64,000 bases of DNA from Neoconidiobolus thromboides FSU 785 (taxonomy: Eukaryota > Fungi > Entomophthoromycota). Within the stretch, counting starts at the first letter, position 1; each line of letters opens with the position of its first letter. The translations under genes were made by a program, and so were the position numbers. Below are positions 25,346 through 36,685 of this stretch, in pieces. The stretch is from assembly GCA_025603075.1 (NCBI GenBank), contig MU626265.1, forward strand, positions 124,001-188,000, read 5' to 3'. Below the pieces are notes generated by a model that was not told the DNA's origin, made no database searches, and saw only the letters and a program-made list of their open reading frames with translations.

Positions 25346-26134
25346 TTATTCGATATTCTCTTGAGGCTCTTCTGCAACTGGGTTGATATCTTTTAATTGA
25401 TTTAAAAGATTCTCTGTTACTGAGGTATGTTTATTTGGCATAAAATATATCTTTGGCTCAGTATTTGTTGACAAGAAAAGGTGCTTAGTATTATTATAAC
25501 CCTCTCTAATCGTTTCCTAATTTAAAGTCAAATTTTTACATAATATAAAAACTACTAATTACCAATATTTCAGTTTCCTTTTTTAATTTCATACGCAATA
25601 TTTCTTCTTGTCTTTGAATCTTTATCTGTCTCTCTTCTTCCTTTTGCCTTGATAACTCTTCTTTTTCTTTTTGTAGTTTTTCATTCACTTTTTGTTCTAT
25701 TTCTTCACGCTTTAGCTCCTAATAAATTATATTAAACATTGATAATGACAGTAGTGATGCTTGTTTTACTCCATTGGATTTATTTCTAGCCTCAGATTGA
25801 AATTTGGTTAATGTTCCCATTAAGACACCAAACATTCTTTTCCCACGTTGCCTATCTTTGTCATTTGTTTTGCTTTTGGCCTAGAAAGCTTTAGTTAATT
25901 GTTCGATTAAATACAATCATATTTTACATTGTCTGGTGTTGTTTCTTTTAAAGTTTCGCTATCATTTGATCTATCCACTTGTAAATCACCATTTTGGGCA
26001 TTATCTTCATCGTGAATTTTGTTAATATTATCTTGTTGATTATTTACCTTATCTTCTAAATTTCTATCCCTATATGATACACTGGGGTTAGTTTTGCTAT
26101 GATATTATTATTATTTTTACTTTGTTTCACTCAT
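25346..26134 (-). CDS. Pinin/SDK/memA-domain protein (about 5 exons, not in ORF track)
   Basis: Spliced exon DRQRGKRMFGVLMGTLTKFQ, charged coiled coil, LSTNTEPKIYFMPNK; ATG 26134, TAA 25346. Confidence 0.8.
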
Positions 26135-26954
26135 TTTGTTTAGAAGATAGTATTGAGTTTATTTTCAATTGCTTAACCTAAGGCATTTTTGACTTGCTCA
26201 TTGATTGGTAACCAATTTCATAATAGCCAATTACTGCTTTTATATTGGCATTTAATTAAGATCAATTGCAATATTAATTTTATGACTATTCCAACTCTTT
26301 TTTGAAGTAGCTAGCAGTAGTTTTTACATAACTTATTTGCCCAATGCTCTTTAACACTAAACCCTCTTATTTGTCTAGATTTTGGCGTAGATTCTACTTT
26401 AAATAAGTAATTATTTATTTTCCAAAAGAGCTAGAACAATTCTAAATATCATGGCTATTTTGATATTTTGATATTTTGTAAATTAGACTTGCCTCTGTTG
26501 TCAAAAAAATCGATTTTGTGTAATTAAAACTACCTTACCTTTACTGAAAAGGCCTTCAATAGTATATATAACATGGATGCAAATGGTTTAACATTATAAC
26601 TGTGCTGACGTTAAGACTAGGGATAATATCACAATAGCTCTCTAATTTAACTTCTTATTTTTAATATAATATAAAACAATAATTATAACTTCAATACCAT
26701 TACTCCAGCTAATTTGTTTTTCAGTTGTATTTGTAGCAACGAAAAGTGTTTTAAACCCATGTCATTTTATTTAGAAAGAACTATTATGAATTTTTTGAAA
26801 TATCAAATTTCTAAAACACTCCGTCATTTATGAGCTGAATATTTTACTCTTTGGAAGAGATAGTGCTTTATAGTGATCTAAAGACTAAACCTCATGTGAA
26901 GGCTAAGGCTAATCAAAAAAACATCCCCATATATTAATGGTTTTTACTGGCTTA

Positions 26955-27414
26955 TGTGAAATATCGCTTCGTCAGTCCCATGGTTAATTATTTTGATTTG
27001 TTATGAGAATTTCNNNNNNNNNNNNNNNNNNNNNNNNNNNNNNNNNNNNNNNNNNNNNNNNNNNNNNNNNNNNNNNNNNNNNNNNNNNNNNNNNNNNNNN
27101 NNNNNNNNNNNNNTTATACTTTTCAGAGTATAAAAGAGTTTACAGAGTATAATAGTTCGAGGCTTTTTAACTGAATTAATCCCTGATATCTCGAACATTT
27201 AATAAAGCCACTAAGTTTTCTTAATAGTATTTTACATAGATTTTACATTAGTATTGTCTATTCTATTTGTCTTATATAGCTTGTAACCTATTACGTGGTA
27301 TTCCTCATAATCCAAGTCTATCTTAGTCACATAAACTAAGACCTTTCGACTTATAGTGTAGTCAACCCAGCAATAGCTGTTCTTGACTCCAAACCCTGAG
27401 TACCAGATTTCACA
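26955..27414 (-). mobile_element. Solo LTR (or collapsed full element) spanning an assembly gap
   Basis: TGTGAAAT...ATTTCACA, TSD CTTA/CTTA; ~60-bp internal deletion relative to the 12415 copy. Confidence 0.85.
27014..27113. other. Assembly gap (100 N)
   Basis: Run of N. Confidence 1.
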
Positions 27415-27956
27415 CTTATGAAATTATATGGAAAATTTCAATATCTGTATTTACTATAGTATTAGTAACAGAATATCGTTAAATACATATAACAAATAAC
27501 TAACAATAATGTAAATAAAGTAATAAAAAAATTTTCTAGATATAACGCTATTTTTAATACTATAGCTAATTTTATTGCCAAAAACTATTTTGTGTTAAAT
27601 TTTGCCAACACTAAACGTTGAAATATAGCTTTATTTAAGGCTATAGTAAGATAGAAGTATAGACTAAATCGAAGTTATAGCAAGCATTGGCTTTATTATT
27701 TTTGATGCAGCAGCTATAAGTGAATATTGAAAGATTAAATAAACTACTTTTAGAAGATTTAATTGTAATCTAATAAAAATATTATCTTAATGTTGAAGTG
27801 CCATTTTTTACTTTAAAATTATTATAGTGCTTTTACATCTTTCTATTTTAAACTTTATTTAAAATCAAGATTTAAATTAATATAGAACACTTCCACTGAT
27901 AATTCAAATATTTCAAAGACTACTGATTGTATTAAGCTTCATTTCAAATTTTAAAT

Positions 27957-28215
27957 GGGGATGTCTGGATTGGTTTCAGAATTTACTTAAAAATTAATAT
28001 AAATCCAAAGTTTTCATATTTATGTCTTTAACATATGAGCGTGTTTTTGATTTCATCACTTTTTTCGTTTTTTAAGTGCTGTTTAAGCAAAATGATTGCT
28101 AGTAAAATTTTTAAACAAAAAATCCATTTACATATAATATCTAATAATTTAAAAAATAAAGCAATAGCTAAGCCAATATTCTTTAAGTATATACTAAGTA
28201 ATTTCAAAAATGCAG
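27957..28215 (+). mobile_element. Internally deleted second member of the DDD-transposon family (TIR plus transposase fragment)
   Basis: AAAT-GGGGATGTCTGGATTGGTTTCA terminus; 28136-28215 reads NLKNKAIAKPIFFKYILSNFKNA versus DLRDKAAARSTLFKYIPSNFKNP in the 13 kb transposase. Confidence 0.65.
28037..28131 (-). mobile_element. MITE copy
   Basis: TSD ATAT/ATAT. Confidence 0.85.
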
Positions 28216-28677
28216 TGTGAAACCTGGTACTTAGTGAGTGGAGCCAAAAGCAGTTATCGCTTATTGGCTACACTATAAGTCGAAAGGCCTTAGTTCGTGT
28301 GACTAAGATAGACTTGAATTATGAAGAATAGCATGTGATAGGCTACGGACTATGTAAGGAAAATAGGATAGACAATATTAATGTAAAATCTACGTAAAAC
28401 AATATTAAGTAAACTTAGTAGCCTTATTAAATGTTCGAGATATCAAGGAATAACTCAGTTAAAAGCCTTGAGCTACTATACTCTGAAATCTCTTTTATAT
28501 TCTGAAAAGTATAGATATCAAAACGAGAGGATAATATTCTTTGAGATGAAGATAGAAATTCACGTAGTAAATCAAACTGAGAGCATGGGATCGATTGTCT
28601 CTAAGCTCGAGAACACAACAACCTAAGTGATTATTATGCTATACTCAATCATGGAGCTGACAAAGCGATATTTCACA
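28216..28677 (+). mobile_element. Solo LTR, more diverged, no TSD
   Basis: TGTGAAAC...ATTTCACA, same family; flanks GCAG/ATAA do not match. Confidence 0.85.
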
Positions 28678-28694
28678 ATAATAAGAAAACAAAT

Positions 28695-28790
28695 GGGAAT
28701 GTTTTTTTATTTCATTACTTTTCCATTTTTTAAGCGCTATTTAAGTGGAAAGGTTGTTAGTGAAATTCCCAAATAAAAAAGTACACCTCC
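28695..28790 (-). mobile_element. MITE copy
   Basis: TSD AAAT/AAAT. Confidence 0.9.
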
Positions 28791-28871
28791 AAATATAATT
28801 TTTAAGAAACATAAAAAAATAAGAATATCAAAGAATATTCGCGTTCTATTAAATATAATAATAAATTATAT

Positions 28872-28969
28872 GGGGATGTGTTTTTGTGTTTAAGAATTTT
28901 ACTAACAAATTTTCCACTCAAATAGCGCTTAAAAGATATGAAAAGTAATGAAGCCAAAAAAACATCCCC
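28872..28969 (+). mobile_element. MITE copy
   Basis: Flanks ATAT/ATGT. Confidence 0.9.
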
Positions 28970-29220
28970 ATGTTATTATTTAACCTCTCATAAGTTGAAA
29001 AATCTAATGTAGTTCTAATTAAAACTACAAAGTCTGCAGAAAATTAAAAAAATTAAAAAATGAACCTTAGTTTATTTTATAAAAATAACCAAAAGTTTAA
29101 GTTTTGATATTTGTTAAGCAAGCAAATAATCTATTAATAAAAATCAATTGTTAAATATTAATAAATAATCAAAATCAAGTAATTGTAATGATAAACAAAA
29201 GCTATTATTATATTATATAT

Positions 29221-29316
29221 GGGGATGTTTTTTTGGCTTCATTACCTCTCATCTTTTAAGCGCTATCTGAGTGGAAAATTTGTTAGTAAAATTCTTAAAC
29301 ACAAAAACACATCCCC
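29221..29316 (-). mobile_element. MITE copy
   Basis: TSD ATAT/ATAT. Confidence 0.9.
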
Positions 29317-30148
29317 ATATATTATATAAAAATAGCTTACTATAGTTTTAAGGCTAACTATTCCTTTTTATCTAATTACATACTAATTTGGTGGTATATT
29401 AATAATATGGTTATAATATTAAAGTCATTTATTTAATAAAAAATCTGCAATGTTATTTATGAAACATTCAGTAATAAGTATTTTTAATAAAACATTGTAG
29501 GAATATATATATTTTTATATAACTTTGATTGACATTAATACATAAGTTATATTAGTAAAGCCTTTGCTAACATAGTAGTTTCTAATAAATCTAGTAAAAG
29601 TTATTCTGACTTATAACATGTATTATAGTAAAATAATTTAAAATTATCAAGTACCTTTGTTTTTCAATAAACAATTTTTTTGGAATAAAGTTGCCTGTTT
29701 TAGACATTCAAAGTCATAAAGCATTTTCAAGATTTAAAAAACAAAAAATGGGTTTAATAGATTTAGTATAAACTTGATTATATTAATACAATGCTAAATT
29801 TTTACAAAATATAAAAGTATGATAAGAAAATAACCGTATAATTATTCAAGAATAATTAGTTTGTACTCATTTAAAATAAAGTGTAGCTTTGCTTTATTAA
29901 ATAATTCTATTTTTTTGAAGTTGTTCTATTAACTTTTACACCATTATTATTTGGTCAATGTATTTTTAAATTTGATTGTTTATGATAATTACTCCATTAT
30001 TAAGGGTATATCAAAACAACTACACCATATAGTGAGTATCTAATGCTCTTTAACTAAGTTTACCTAATATAGGGTAATATAATATTTCTCCGTCTTGCTG
30101 GAATTAGATATAAGAACATATTCTTATTTTTACTATGAATCAATAAAT

Positions 30149-30246
30149 GAGGATGTTCTTTTGTTTAAGAACTTCACTAGCAATTTTTCTACTTAAATAG
30201 CGTTCAAAAAATGGAAAAAGTGATGAAACCAAAAAAAAAAACCTCC
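30149..30246 (+). mobile_element. MITE copy upstream of the secreted protein gene
   Basis: TSD AAAT/AAAT. Confidence 0.9.
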
Positions 30247-30482
30247 AAATTGTAACAGGTCATATGATTTATCTACCAACATGACTTGAATCACACAGAT
30301 TAACCTTTACCATACTATGGCTTAATACTATGAATAATTTTACTATAAATACCTCCCTTTTTCTTATTAAATAAAGTATCAAATAATACTTATAAACACA
30401 TAGTATTAACTCCTACTATTATTATAGCCGACTTATATATATACTTTATTCTGTTCTTACTGTTAGCCAATTCAAATATAAA

Positions 30483-30965
30483 ATGAAGTCGTCTTTTTTT
30501 GCATTAAGCTTTTTAAGTTTAGTTATTTTTACTAACTCTATAGTATCGGACAGATGGAAAGCTATGTGCTCTTTTGAAACTAGGGTTCAATATATGGATG
30601 CCGTTTGTTCATGCAGTATCAGAAGTCCAGCAGGAGGTACAGCTGGATCCAAATGCTACATCACACGACAAATAGGTAATGTTCAATACGAATGTTCTGG
30701 CCCAAGAGATACCTCCTCTCAAGGTGGATATCAGATTGAAATGAAGAGTTGTGGTCAAGGTCAAATGGAAGTTCAAATGTATGGTCCTAACGGAGAAGAA
30801 TGGAGTTCACATACATTTGTAACTGATTGTGCCATAGAAAATAAGAGAAGAAGTTTTAAAAGGTACATAAAATCTTTGTTTAAGAGATACAAGGATAATG
30901 ATGCTGCGATTGAATTTAATAATAACAGTTGTAATGCAAATCATGAATTTGATGTGATGGCTTAA
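30483..30965 (+). CDS. Small secreted cysteine-rich protein, family not recognised (effector-like)
   Basis: Signal-peptide-like MKSSFFALSFLSLVIFTNS, 160 aa, 8 Cys, intronless, GC-richer than flanks. Confidence 0.8.
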   Translation: MKSSFFALSFLSLVIFTNSIVSDRWKAMCSFETRVQYMDAVCSCSIRSPAGGTAGSKCYITRQIGNVQYECSGPRDTSSQGGYQIEMKSCGQGQMEVQMYGPNGEEWSSHTFVTDCAIENKRRSFKRYIKSLFKRYKDNDAAIEFNNNSCNANHEFDVMA

Positions 30966-31307
30966 TAAATCTATTGACATTTTAAGTTCTAGGATTTCTT
31001 AGTTTGGAATTTGTGCATATTTTAAAATTATGAAGTTGTTTGTTTTAATATAATCTAGTTAATGATAGTGACTGTCTTATTGGTATTGAATTGAAATTAT
31101 ACTATATCCCAATATCAAGTATAACAAAAAGTAGGTTTATTAAAAGAAGCACATCCCATAAATATTTGTATCAAATTTCATAATTGATGTAAATAAAACA
31201 AGTTATTTCAAAAAGTTATGAAGTTGTATTTTTCTGGTTTTATTTTGCTCATTCAACTATTTAGTAGAAAAATTATTAGTGAAATTCTTCAACGAAAAAA
31301 AGCATAT

Positions 31308-31403
31308 GGGAATGTATTTTTATGTTTAAGAATTTTACTAGTAATTTTTCCACTTTAAATAGTGTTTAAAAAATAGAAAAAGTGAAGCCAAGAAAACATC
31401 CTC
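31308..31403 (+). mobile_element. MITE copy, abutting an older reverse copy at ~31220-31303
   Basis: Flanks ATAT/ATGT. Confidence 0.85.
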
Positions 31404-31581
31404 ATGTACAAATTATATTTATAATGATATTGTAGTTAACATGATTTGACTTATACTGATAGATAGTAGAAAATTTTGCGTTAACCTATTCTAAATACCC
31501 TTTAATTTTCTTCTAAAGGGATACTAACAAACTATCATAAGTTATATACGTTTTACTTAGCTATTTAGATTATGAATATAT

Positions 31582-31681
31582 GGGGATGATTTTTTTAGTT
31601 TCATTGCTTTTTCCATTTTTTTAAAGCCCTATTTGAGCGGAAAAATTCTTCGTAAATTCTTAAACATAAAAATACATCCTC
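31582..31681 (-). mobile_element. MITE copy
   Basis: TSD ATAT/ATAT. Confidence 0.9.
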
Positions 31682-31842
31682 ATATCTTTTATAAATTATC
31701 ATTGTACCATTTTAATTACTATATAAAAATTTATATTATCAAAACAACAACCGTGCAAACATATTAATGAACTACTACAGTGAAGAGTATAAATAGTAAA
31801 GTAAAATTATATCGATAGAATTTTGAAAAAAAGGATATATAT

Positions 31843-31939
31843 GAGGATTTTTTTTTACTTCATTACTTTTTCCATCTTTTAAACGCTATTTGAGTGGAAA
31901 AATTGTTAGTAAAATTCTTAAATACAAAAATACATTTCC
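31843..31939 (-). mobile_element. MITE copy
   Basis: TSD ATAT/ATAT. Confidence 0.9.
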
Positions 31940-32329
31940 ATATTAATAATATAGTATGTTTCTTATCCAGGAGTATAGGAAGCTATTTATGCTTTACAAC
32001 CGTTTATAAGTTTGTAGAAAGATTCTTAAAGACAATTGGGATAGAAAGTAGAGTATCATCATATTTTGTATCATTTATACTGTCCAATATGCTTTTGAAA
32101 CAAGTTCATTAGTTATATAACTTACAGAAATAATAAAGAACAGATTTTTATAACTGCATATTTAACTTTGACATTAATTCTAGGATATACTCTTTATGAT
32201 TTACAATTGATAATACTAGAATAAGTGATAACAGGAATTGATAGGACTAATAATTCTTAAACCAAAGTAATCTGGTAGCGATTAGTAGAGACAACCACCA
32301 AAAAAAAATTTAGATTAAATTTAATATAT

Positions 32330-32428
32330 GGGGATGTATTTTTTTGTTCAAGGATTTTACTAACAATCTTTCTACTCAAATAGTGCTTAAAAGGTGGAAA
32401 AAATAATGAAACCAAAAAAACCATCCCC
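32330..32428 (+). mobile_element. MITE copy
   Basis: TSD ATAT/ATAT. Confidence 0.9.
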
Positions 32429-32448
32429 ATATATTTTTTATATAATAT

Positions 32449-32543
32449 GGGAGTGTTTTTGACTTCATTATTCTTTCCATTTTTTAAGCGCTATTTAAGC
32501 CGAAAACTTGTTAGTAAAATTCTTAAGCACAAAAATACACCCT
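32449..32543 (-). mobile_element. MITE copy, inverted and 20 bp from the previous copy
   Basis: TSD ATAT/ATAT. Confidence 0.9.
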
Positions 32544-32980
32544 CATATATTGATTTTATTTTTATATCAATAAATATACCTTGAGATACAGCAATGTCAA
32601 ATGGTAAATTGGGCCTTTATATGAAACTATACTAAAAGTATGCTTATAAGAAAAGTTAAATATAAAACAAACAATCTATTTTAATTCATAACTATCCTTA
32701 CTTATAATAACTTGATTTTAATTATTTAGTTTAAAAATTTTATATTATAATTCTATTTTTGTCTTTCAAATAGAAAAAATAGTATAAAGATATTAAGATC
32801 ATAATAAATCGACATATACGATATTGATAAAGAAATTACATCTGAAATAGTCACCAGTATGATTTATTCAAAATGATCTTATAATGATCAATCTATCACC
32901 TTTAATTTAAATACCTACTTAGGCTTTAATTAATCTTCTTTTTGCTTATTTAAATAAAAAGCTACAAAATTTATATAAAT

Positions 32981-33084
32981 GGGAATGTATTATTTTTTTG
33001 TTTAATAATTTTATTAACAATTTTTCCACTTAAATAGCGTTTAAAAGATAGAAAAAATAATGAAGCCAAAAAAAACATCCCCCC
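32981..33084 (+). mobile_element. MITE copy
   Basis: Full-length core; flanks AAAT/ATTT. Confidence 0.85.
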
Positions 33085-33824
33085 ATTTGTATATTGAAAA
33101 AATTGAATTTCAATTTGAAGTATTATTTACCAATTATTAAAAATTGTATATAATATCAATTTTATTTGATAAATTTATTTACAACACGGTTTTTTTCAAT
33201 TTTAGTCATTTAAAAATATTCAACAATAAGGTCAGAAATCAATTAAATTAATCTAAAGTTAAACTTAAATTGAGAGAACAAAGTATAAGAAGGCTAAAAT
33301 TGCAACCTTTTTATTCAGTATACTAACTCAATTCTTTTAGCTTAATACTAACATTTTTTTAGGTTGAACTAGTCAGACAGCTTCTGGTGTTTAGTAGCTA
33401 GAGCTACTAGGAATTTTAGAATAAATGTACGTTTTATTTGCTTTAAATACTATACTATTTTGCTATTATGCTACCAAAGATTTTATAATAATGTACATTT
33501 TTTTAAATTTAATTCAATACAATAGCCATCTTTTTATTATTGCTCCTGATGGCTATCGTAAAAGCAGTGACTTTGAAGCTGGCATGCTTGTAGCTGATCT
33601 CCAACAAATTAAGGAACTAAATATAGACCATGTAAATATGCTATTGTCTATATAGCTGATGCATATCCCGCGAAATTGGGAGTATGGTCACGGTTTCATT
33701 TGGATTTGGCCTTATGAATAGTGTGATCATATCCCCTTTTTTGTGTTAGGGCTATTGATGTATGTATTGATTTATAGTAAAATTTTAAAGGATCAAACTG
33801 TTTTCAATTATTATTATTCTATTT

Positions 33825-33921
33825 GGGGATGTATTTTTCTGTTTAAGAATTTTACTAATAATTTTTCTACTCAAATAGTGCTTAAAAATAGAAAAAGTGA
33901 TGAAGCCAAAAAAACATCCCC
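33825..33921 (+). mobile_element. MITE copy
   Basis: TSD ATTT/ATTT. Confidence 0.9.
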
Positions 33922-35428
33922 ATTTGTTAATAGTTTTAAATATGTTTTATTAATGTATATTTTAATCAACTTAGGTTTATTTATTAAAACAATATTGAAT
34001 AGTAGAATAATAGATGATTAACGTATAGCGGTAATTGTAATATCTTTGAAGTTTTGCTACCAATTTAAAGATTAATAATAGGTATCAATTGTCAACCTTT
34101 TAGATGGTTCAATTAAACAACAAATAGGAATTGAGACAAATTGACATAAAGCATTATTTTTTAATTCGCCTTACAATACTATTACCAGCTTCATCGTCGT
34201 CAAATACATCTTGAGATGCAGTAATCTCGAAATTTAAAGTTTTTTCTTTTTATAAATATAACAAAAGTACAAACAGTTAAATTGAATCTGTAGCGAATAT
34301 TAGCTGTAAGGTTTTCCTTACCAATGTTGACATATGAGTAGCTAAAAAGTTAAGTGAAACGCTTTAAACATTGTTATTTGAAATGGAATATCAGATCATT
34401 AGCGATAATAATTTTTCTAATAAAACAAAGTGATTGTCAATAGGCTTTTACAGATATCTATGTTTTTAACAATAATCAAATTATTTTATTTTGACAAGGA
34501 TTGCTACTTAATTTTAGTTGAAGTAGTAGTTCATAATTGATATTTAACTTAGAGGAATAAGTAAAATTTATAGAGTAAAAAAATAAGAATACAAAAGAGA
34601 TGTTATATTAAGAAAATATAACAATAAAAATAGTAAACTAAGCCTTTGAAATTTTATTTCGTTTAATCATCTACATTTTGTAATAGCAGAGGGGCAGCTT
34701 TGGTTTTGTGAATCATCTAAATTTAGTTTCGTTATTTATTTGTAACTTTTCATATCCTTTTCAACTGGTTCTTTTGTAAATCAATCATTGTGCCTGATCA
34801 ATAAAATAAATCACCATATTTGTTTATTAGCTAATATAAACTTTACTTATTCACATCACCAGATGATAAATTGTAGCTATATTTTTACTTTCTAGCTGAA
34901 TAAAATTAGTATAATGATAGCTGTTGTTGCTTTGTCTAGATTTTATTAACTCAATATAATAATCCATTACCATCAAAAATATACAATTTCTTTGTTGTAG
35001 TTTTGAAGCATCGAAAATACTGGCTGTTACCCAGCTATTTAATCAAATAAGCAGGAGATCTCACTTGCTTTCACAATGGCATGGATAAAATCCTTGATTT
35101 TTAACTTAACATTAATAAAACAATTAGTAGCATGTAATCATAAATAATTAACAACAATAAATTCATTTAAGTGACTTTTTATATTTTATATAACTATTGT
35201 GGTATAATATTTTATTTGTGTTAATTTTTATTAATTCCAAACTCATCCTGTTTTAAAAACTATAAAAAAGCTCAACTCTTTATATTGTTAAATATTAGAC
35301 GTACATTTAAATTTAACAAACTTCAAAGAGATAAAATAAAGTGAAATAAAAAATGAATTCTGAAATCCTAAAAGTAGATTAAAATATTTAAATTTACTCA
35401 TCATAGTCTTTATTTAGCTACTCTATAA

Positions 35429-36199
35429 TCACTCTTGACTAGGTTTTACTTCTATCTCAGTAACTGCTTCTTCAAGAGTTTCTGTATTGGCAGAGTTTTC
35501 AGTACCCTCATTGCTTTTATCGTCAACTTCATTTAAGCCCTCCTTTTTAATAGCAACATTTCCGCTGTTATCCAATTCTACTTTAGGCTTTGAATCTATA
35601 TTATCTAAAATCTCAACTTTAGTTTGCTTATCGTCTTTATTATTGATCATTTGCATAGTGTTTGAAGTTATCTCAGCTTGATTTTCCCTATTAAAAATAT
35701 GGTGAGCAGCCTCATTTACTTTGGAGATAGATACGCCAAGTCTCTTTTTGATTCTATTGATAAATCCAGTTACAATATTATTAGATAAATCGTAAATCTC
35801 ATTAGTTAAATCTAAAATAACTTGTTCGTTTTCAACTAGAAATGGATGAAATACATTGTCATAAATATTTAAGTGACCATTTAACTTTGGGTAAGTGATG
35901 TAAAATAGTGAAATGTATTTTATCTCATAGTAGTAAAATATCCTAAAGATTAATATCAATAATAAACATAAAATAATAAGGTCGTATTACCAACTGAAAA
36001 AAATATCAATGAATTGTTCAAGCGTTAGATAGGCGATTAAACAAAACCAAAATTTTGAGATTGATGCTAACTCTTTCTCATTTTTAATAGCTTTATAAGT
36101 TTTAAAACTTGGGATTAAAAAACAGTATATGATTCTATTAAATAATGAGTTGATTTTTATATTGAAATGACAATTTTACTTATAAATATCTACAATCAT
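35429..36199 (-). CDS. Second TB2/DP1/HVA22 (REEP-like) protein, 3 exons
   Basis: Spliced MIVDIYK|IIYCFLIPSFKTYKAIK...FIDIFFSW|IFYYYEIKYISLFYITYPKLNGHLNIYD; acidic tail. Confidence 0.75.
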
Positions 36200-36685
36200 T
36201 ATTTTGACTAAAGAAAAGAAATTTATTTATAAAACTATTCTTTGATTTAAATAGTTCAATCTTATCTACAAATAAGAATTTACTCAAGATTAATTTATAA
36301 TATTGATGTAAATTTATTATTTTGATTAAAGCTATTTAGTAAAAACAAAGATAAAAGCTTATAAGTTTAAAATTTTATCTATATTTTAGTAAATAATGAA
36401 TTAAATTGACTCGCAATTAAATTATTATCACTAAAAGAAATTAGAGCTATATGAGGCTAGCAAATACCTAAGAAGTATCAACAACTAATATCAACTTTAT
36501 ATTAAGATAAAATTTAATCATTATTTTTATATTATCTTAGTTGATTACTAATATTTCTATATCGTGTTATACTCATCTTTTATTCAAATTGTTCAATAAT
36601 AATTGAACTATTATTTTTCTAGTGAATTTGAAACAAATTTAAGCCATAGCAAAATTTTTTTAGAAAACTACTTTTTATTCTAACA

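Noticed and set aside
533-33921. CRISPR array or REP-like interpretation of the recurring palindromic repeats
   Set aside because: Copies are dispersed, in both orientations and TSD-flanked, in a spliceosomal-intron genome
5544-34021. Small ORFs at 5544, 5824, 7474, 11885, 13133, 17689, 28035, 31894 and 33743
   Set aside because: They overlap or run through MITE copies and translate the element itself (e.g. GKLLVKFLNKKIHPHI)
33425-35110. Coding-like fragments (IAPDGYRKSSDFEAG.., EITASQDVFDDDEAG..)
   Set aside because: Fragmentary with stops, no consistent gene model or family
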